Positions 60,071-64,000 of a stretch of 64,000 bases of DNA are shown here, piece by piece. The first letter of the stretch is position 1. Each line of letters begins with the position of its first letter. Location of the stretch: NCBI GenBank assembly GCA_900314865.1, contig OMWW01000004.1, positions 1,749 through 65,748 of the forward strand, given 5' to 3'. A program made the translations under genes and the position numbers. The notes under the pieces were generated by a model, which saw only the letters and a program-made list of their open reading frames with translations, did not search any database and had not been told where the DNA came from. The stretch is from an uncultured Erysipelotrichaceae bacterium. Lineage in GTDB: Bacteria; Bacillota_I; Bacilli_A; RFN20; CAG-826.

Positions 60071-61368
60071 TGAATATTTATATTTACGTCACTCTATTAT
60101 TGATTGCTGCGCTTTTATCAACTAGATTGATGAAAGTTTTAAAGCTCCCTAATGTTACTGGTTATATTATTACGGGTATTATAATGGGCCCCTTTGTTTT
60201 CGGGGCTATCTTTAACCCTGATACTGTTTATACAACACCAAAAGATGGTCAGTCTATTGGCGTAGTTTATGATTATGTCAATCAAATTAAGTGGCTCTCT
60301 GAAGTAGCTTTAGGGTTTATAGCTTTTTCAATCGGAACATCTTTTAAAAAGGCTGTTTTAAAAACCGTAGGTAAACGAGTTGTTATCATTACAATTTTAG
60401 AAGCTCTAGGAGGGTCAATTTGTGTATTCCTTGCTTTATTAACTACTCATTTCATTGTTCCAGAACATATGAATTGGGAATTAGTTTTGACTCTCAGTGC
60501 AATAGCTAGTGCAACTGCTCCAGCAGCAACACTTATGGTAATTAAACAATATCGTGCCAAAGGAAAACTTGTCGATACTTTATTACCTGTTGTCGCTCTT
60601 GATGATGCGGTTGCATTGATACTTTTTGCTGTTTTGTTCCAAATCGCAAGTGGGTTAGCAAGTGGTGGTGAATTATCGGTTTATAAGATGCTTGCCAAAC
60701 CATTAATTGAAATTACCATATCAGTAGGTGTAGGTGTTGTACTTGGCTTATTAATTTCATTTATTAATAGATTCTTTAAATCAAGAAACAACAAGCTTGT
60801 ACTCTGTATTTTCACAGTATTTGCATCTTTAGGATTATATTTGCTCTTTAAAGAGCAATGGATGGGTGGATTTGAACTCAGTTCATTACTAACTTGTATG
60901 TGCGCCGGTGCTATTTACACTAATATGTCGAAAGATAGTGATCGTACATTAGATGTATTAGATAGATTCACATCACCTATTTATATGATGTTCTTTGTTA
61001 TTAGTGGTGCCTCTTTAGACTTAAGAGTGTTTATGGATAAGAGTGGGTTAATTGTTTTGACTATCGCTCTTGTCTATATTATCTTTAGAGTTTCTGGAAA
61101 ATACATTGGTGCGTATACCGGTGCAGCGATTACAAAATGTGATCCAGAAGTTAGAAAATATCTAGGCCTAACTTTAGTGCCTCAAGCTGGTGTTGCAATT
61201 GGTTTAGCCACCAGCGCAAACAAACTTTTCTATGAAGTAGGATTATTTGAAGCCTCTACAATGGTGGTGGCTATCATTTTAACATCTACGCTTATCTACG
61301 AGCTTATCGGACCTCTTGTGTCTAAATTTGCTTTGAAGAAGGCTGGTTGTATACCGGTAGAAGAATAA
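60070..61368 (+). CDS. Monovalent cation:proton antiporter (Na+/H+ exchanger family, CPA) membrane protein
   Basis: 432 aa, 11-13 TM; N-terminal KLPNVTGYIITGIIMGP and paired core helices typical of the Na_H_Exchanger fold. Confidence 0.6.
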   Translation: MNIYIYVTLLLIAALLSTRLMKVLKLPNVTGYIITGIIMGPFVFGAIFNPDTVYTTPKDGQSIGVVYDYVNQIKWLSEVALGFIAFSIGTSFKKAVLKTVGKRVVIITILEALGGSICVFLALLTTHFIVPEHMNWELVLTLSAIASATAPAATLMVIKQYRAKGKLVDTLLPVVALDDAVALILFAVLFQIASGLASGGELSVYKMLAKPLIEITISVGVGVVLGLLISFINRFFKSRNNKLVLCIFTVFASLGLYLLFKEQWMGGFELSSLLTCMCAGAIYTNMSKDSDRTLDVLDRFTSPIYMMFFVISGASLDLRVFMDKSGLIVLTIALVYIIFRVSGKYIGAYTGAAITKCDPEVRKYLGLTLVPQAGVAIGLATSANKLFYEVGLFEASTMVVAIILTSTLIYELIGPLVSKFALKKAGCIPVEE

Positions 61369-61398
61369 ATATATAAATAAAAATAAAGGATAATAAAT

Positions 61399-62946
61399 AT
61401 GAAAGTAGCATTGTTTGGTGTCCCAGGTAATATGGGATCAGAAGTATTAAAAAAGCTAGCAACTGAGGATTATATTTCCCAAATTAATCTTTTGGTTCAT
61501 GACAAAAAAGGCATTAAAAAGCTTATTAAAGTTCTAAAAAAGAACAACAAAGCCTATAAAGTAGTTTATGGAACGGTTGCTAATGAAACTGATGTTAAAA
61601 CTGCGATTGATGATGTCGATTATGTTGTTAACATGGCAGCAGTCATTCCTCCACTAAGTGACAAGAATCCTCAAGCTGCAATTGAAGCCAATGAGATTGG
61701 TCCAAAAGTTATCACTAAAGTCATCGAAGAACTTGGTGATAAACAACCAAAATTAATTCATATTTCTACTATTGGATTATATGGCGATAGAAACTACAAA
61801 CACCCTTTTGCAGAAGTTGGTGATCCTTTATTAATTTCTCCTTTTGATTTATATGCTTTAACCAAGATGCGTGGAGAGTTCACAGTTTTAGAAAGTAATG
61901 TAAAGACTTGGGTTGTAATTAGACAAACCGCAATGTTATATGACAATTTAATGATGAAAAACATTAGTGATGGTTTAATGTTCCATACAAGCTTTAATGT
62001 ACCTCTTGAATGGGCTACCGCTAATGATAGCGCTATTTTGATTCGTAATATCCTTAGAAGAGATATGAAGAACGAATTAGATGTGAATAATTTCTGGAAA
62101 CATTGTTTCAATATTGGTGGCGGATTAAAAAACCGCGTTACAGGTTATGACACTTTCAAACTTGGCTTTGGGATTATTGGTTGCAAGGTTGAGCAATTCT
62201 TTGACACAAACTACAACACCTTAAGAAATTTCCATGGCGAATGGTATTCAGATGCTTATAAGTTAAACGACTTATTTGATTATCAAAGTGAGACTATTGA
62301 AGGATTCTGGAATCATGTACTAGAAACTCATAAATATTTCAAATTAGCCAAGCTTTGTCCAAAAAAGTTGATGAAAAAGTTCGTAATTAAAAGATTACTT
62401 AAAGATGATAATGCTCCATTTTATTGGTATAAACACAAGGATGAAGCTAAGATGCTTGCTTATTTTGACGGAGTAGATAAGTTTGAATCTATTCCTAAAG
62501 ATTGGAAGGAATTCAATTTAATTGTCAAAGGTAAACTTCCAGATGGTAAAGATATTGACTATCAAAAACTCGTCAGTACTCCAACTTATTTAGATCATTA
62601 TTTTGATATTAATAAAGATAGGAAACTTGTTGACCTTAAAGATTTACAGAATCTTGCTAAAGCAAGAGGTGGCAAATTATTAGAAGATTCTTTTGAAAAG
62701 GGAGATATCTATAGGAAGGTCAAATGGCAAAACGCTGATGGCGAAGTTTTTGAAGCTAGACCGCATACGGTTTTGTTCTGTGGACACTGGAAAAACATCT
62801 CTTATGATAAGTACGCTTGGGACTTTGATCGTCTTGCTAAAACAGATAAACTTGTAGCTGATATTTGGTATGATGCACATAGGCCAGACGAGGATAGATT
62901 CTACTGGTATGATGACGAATTCAAAGCCCATTATAAGAACATCTGA
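61399..62946 (+). CDS. NAD(P)-binding Rossmann protein of the NAD-dependent epimerase/dehydratase (SDR-extended) family with about 200-aa C-terminal extension
   Basis: N-terminal MKVALFGVPGNMGSEVLKKL glycine-rich motif; 515 aa. Confidence 0.5.
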   Translation: MKVALFGVPGNMGSEVLKKLATEDYISQINLLVHDKKGIKKLIKVLKKNNKAYKVVYGTVANETDVKTAIDDVDYVVNMAAVIPPLSDKNPQAAIEANEIGPKVITKVIEELGDKQPKLIHISTIGLYGDRNYKHPFAEVGDPLLISPFDLYALTKMRGEFTVLESNVKTWVVIRQTAMLYDNLMMKNISDGLMFHTSFNVPLEWATANDSAILIRNILRRDMKNELDVNNFWKHCFNIGGGLKNRVTGYDTFKLGFGIIGCKVEQFFDTNYNTLRNFHGEWYSDAYKLNDLFDYQSETIEGFWNHVLETHKYFKLAKLCPKKLMKKFVIKRLLKDDNAPFYWYKHKDEAKMLAYFDGVDKFESIPKDWKEFNLIVKGKLPDGKDIDYQKLVSTPTYLDHYFDINKDRKLVDLKDLQNLAKARGGKLLEDSFEKGDIYRKVKWQNADGEVFEARPHTVLFCGHWKNISYDKYAWDFDRLAKTDKLVADIWYDAHRPDEDRFYWYDDEFKAHYKNI

Positions 62947-63100
62947 TTCTTGCAAAACTCTAATATTTAATTAATAAATTTGTTTGATTTTTGACCTAAA
63001 AAAGTATTAAAACTGCAATAAAAATGCGGTTTTTTTCAAATTTTGTTGATTTATTACGCGTATATGTGTAATTTATAATTAATTAATAGGAGATTTGATT

Positions 63101-64000
63101 ATGAAAAAAAGATCTGGTTTAAAAAGAGCCTTATTGGTCTTGTTTATCCTCTCATTAGTGTCAGTGGTAGCATTCCTTGTTTTATTCATGCTTACTCCAC
63201 TTACCTATCCAGTTGAGGGTGCTCAAGATATTGGCGTGTTTTTAGGAGACTCACACAAAATTATCGGTCAAGCGTTTGTGCTTCCATTTGGTAAAGAAAA
63301 CGCAGTAGAGATGATGAATGAATACTCGTTATATGTTGTTCCTGGAGCTCTTCCTGAAGTTCTTGAATCCACTACATTGATGATTAGTGTTTTGATTTAT
63401 GTACTTACCGGTTTATTTGCAATTTTACTTGTCCTTGGGCTCATCTTTGTTATCACCAAGAAAAAAGCAAAATTCATTCCTTATTCATTAGCGGTTTTAG
63501 CGGCGTTATATATTTCTTACGTCCTCGTTGTTTGGTATCCAATCGGGTTATCAAAAGCTGATTTATTTGCAATTAACTATCCAGGTTTAGTTGGTGAATA
63601 TGTTGCAATGATTTATATCGGATTCTCTGTTGGCGATTTAGCGTTCTGTGCTGTTATCGCAACAGTTGTTATCGGATTAATCTATTCCGCAAAATCTGCC
63701 AAGGCTTCCTTAGTTAAGGAAGAAGCCGAAGCGATTACAATTGCTGAAGCTGTTGGCGATCCAGAAGCTATTCAAGAAGGTGAAGAATTAATCGCACCAG
63801 AGCCAGAACTCATTGTGGAACCAGAACCAGTTCCTGAAATTGAAGAAGCTAAAGCTGAAGAACCTGTAGCTGAACCAGAACCAGAACCTGTTGCTAAGCC
63901 AGAACCAGCTCCAGCACCACAACCAGGTGAAGACAAACATGTTGAAGTTAACGTTAATAACAATGGCGGTTCCAATCAAGGTGTTGATCAAGCATCATTA
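63101..64000 (+). CDS. Membrane protein (4-5 TM) with C-terminal acidic Pro/Glu-rich (EPEP/PEPV) repeat tail; 3'-partial at the window end
   Basis: ATG 63101 with AGGAG RBS and no stop before the window end. It is not in the ORF track; the two listed minus-strand ORFs at 63772-63991 are antisense to it. Confidence 0.45.
   Translation, partial: MKKRSGLKRALLVLFILSLVSVVAFLVLFMLTPLTYPVEGAQDIGVFLGDSHKIIGQAFVLPFGKENAVEMMNEYSLYVVPGALPEVLESTTLMISVLIYVLTGLFAILLVLGLIFVITKKKAKFIPYSLAVLAALYISYVLVVWYPIGLSKADLFAINYPGLVGEYVAMIYIGFSVGDLAFCAVIATVVIGLIYSAKSAKASLVKEEAEAITIAEAVGDPEAIQEGEELIAPEPELIVEPEPVPEIEEAKAEEPVAEPEPEPVAKPEPAPAPQPGEDKHVEVNVNNNGGSNQGVDQASL

Noticed and set aside
63772-63991. Two overlapping 67-aa minus-strand ORFs
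   Set aside because: They are antisense to the EP-repeat tail of the plus-strand membrane protein that starts at 63101. Low-complexity artefacts.
1-64000. CRISPR arrays, transposases, integrases and prophage genes
   Set aside because: No regularly spaced direct repeats with unique spacers were seen. No ORF resembles a transposase, recombinase or phage structural protein. The repeats present are intragenic protein-coding repeats.

Overview
Low-GC (about 30-35% GC) bacterial chromosomal window. Genetic code is standard: there are no in-frame TGA codons in long conserved genes, Trp is encoded by TGG, and TGA is used at least once as a stop. Many lipoproteins carry Mollicute-style lipoboxes (..SCGG/..ACGN), an ABC ATPase carries a large insertion, and a membrane nuclease is present. 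This points to an Acholeplasma-like Mollicute or a related Firmicute; that placement is inference.

Layout:
- 1-2 kb: surface LRR protein, partial at the 5' edge, and two small membrane proteins.
- 1.8-7.5 kb: candidate small RNA, then glgB, glgP, a dimeric-dUTPase-like gene and a carD-like regulator.
- 7.5-11.2 kb: HAD hydrolase on the minus strand, O-antigen-ligase-like polytopic membrane protein, smpB and a hypothetical membrane-anchored protein.
- 11.3-30.7 kb: core expression gene cluster rpmG-secE-nusG, interrupted by minus-strand ktrAB, then rplK-rplA-rplJ-rplL, a ybxB-like methyltransferase, rpoB-rpoC and rpsL-rpsG-fusA-tuf.
- 30.7-40.6 kb: accessory lipoprotein-rich region holding a repeat lipoprotein, an orphan DinJ/RelB antitoxin-like gene, a UshA-like 5'-nucleotidase lipoprotein, a lipoprotein with a PTP/phytase-like HCxxGxxRT domain, two RDD-type membrane proteins and a surface protein.
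- 40.6-49.5 kb: MalK-type ABC ATPase with a roughly 270-aa insertion, two permeases, two paralogous binding lipoproteins and a membrane-anchored SNase-like nuclease lipoprotein.
- 49.5-53.3 kb: zinc-ribbon membrane protein and a 1064-aa Big_2 lipoprotein.
- 53.3-64 kb: DJ-1/PfpI, UPF0371, a candidate yybP-ykoY Mn riboswitch ahead of a Ca/Mn P-type ATPase, tRNA-Lys(CTT), an esterase, a small protein coupled to a cation/H+ antiporter, an NAD-binding epimerase-family protein and a partial membrane protein with EP repeats.

The 40.6-49.5 kb transporter-nuclease cassette, the adjacent phosphoesterase lipoprotein pair, the candidate sRNA near 1.84-2.02 kb and the Mn-riboswitch/ATPase pair are the most interesting items.
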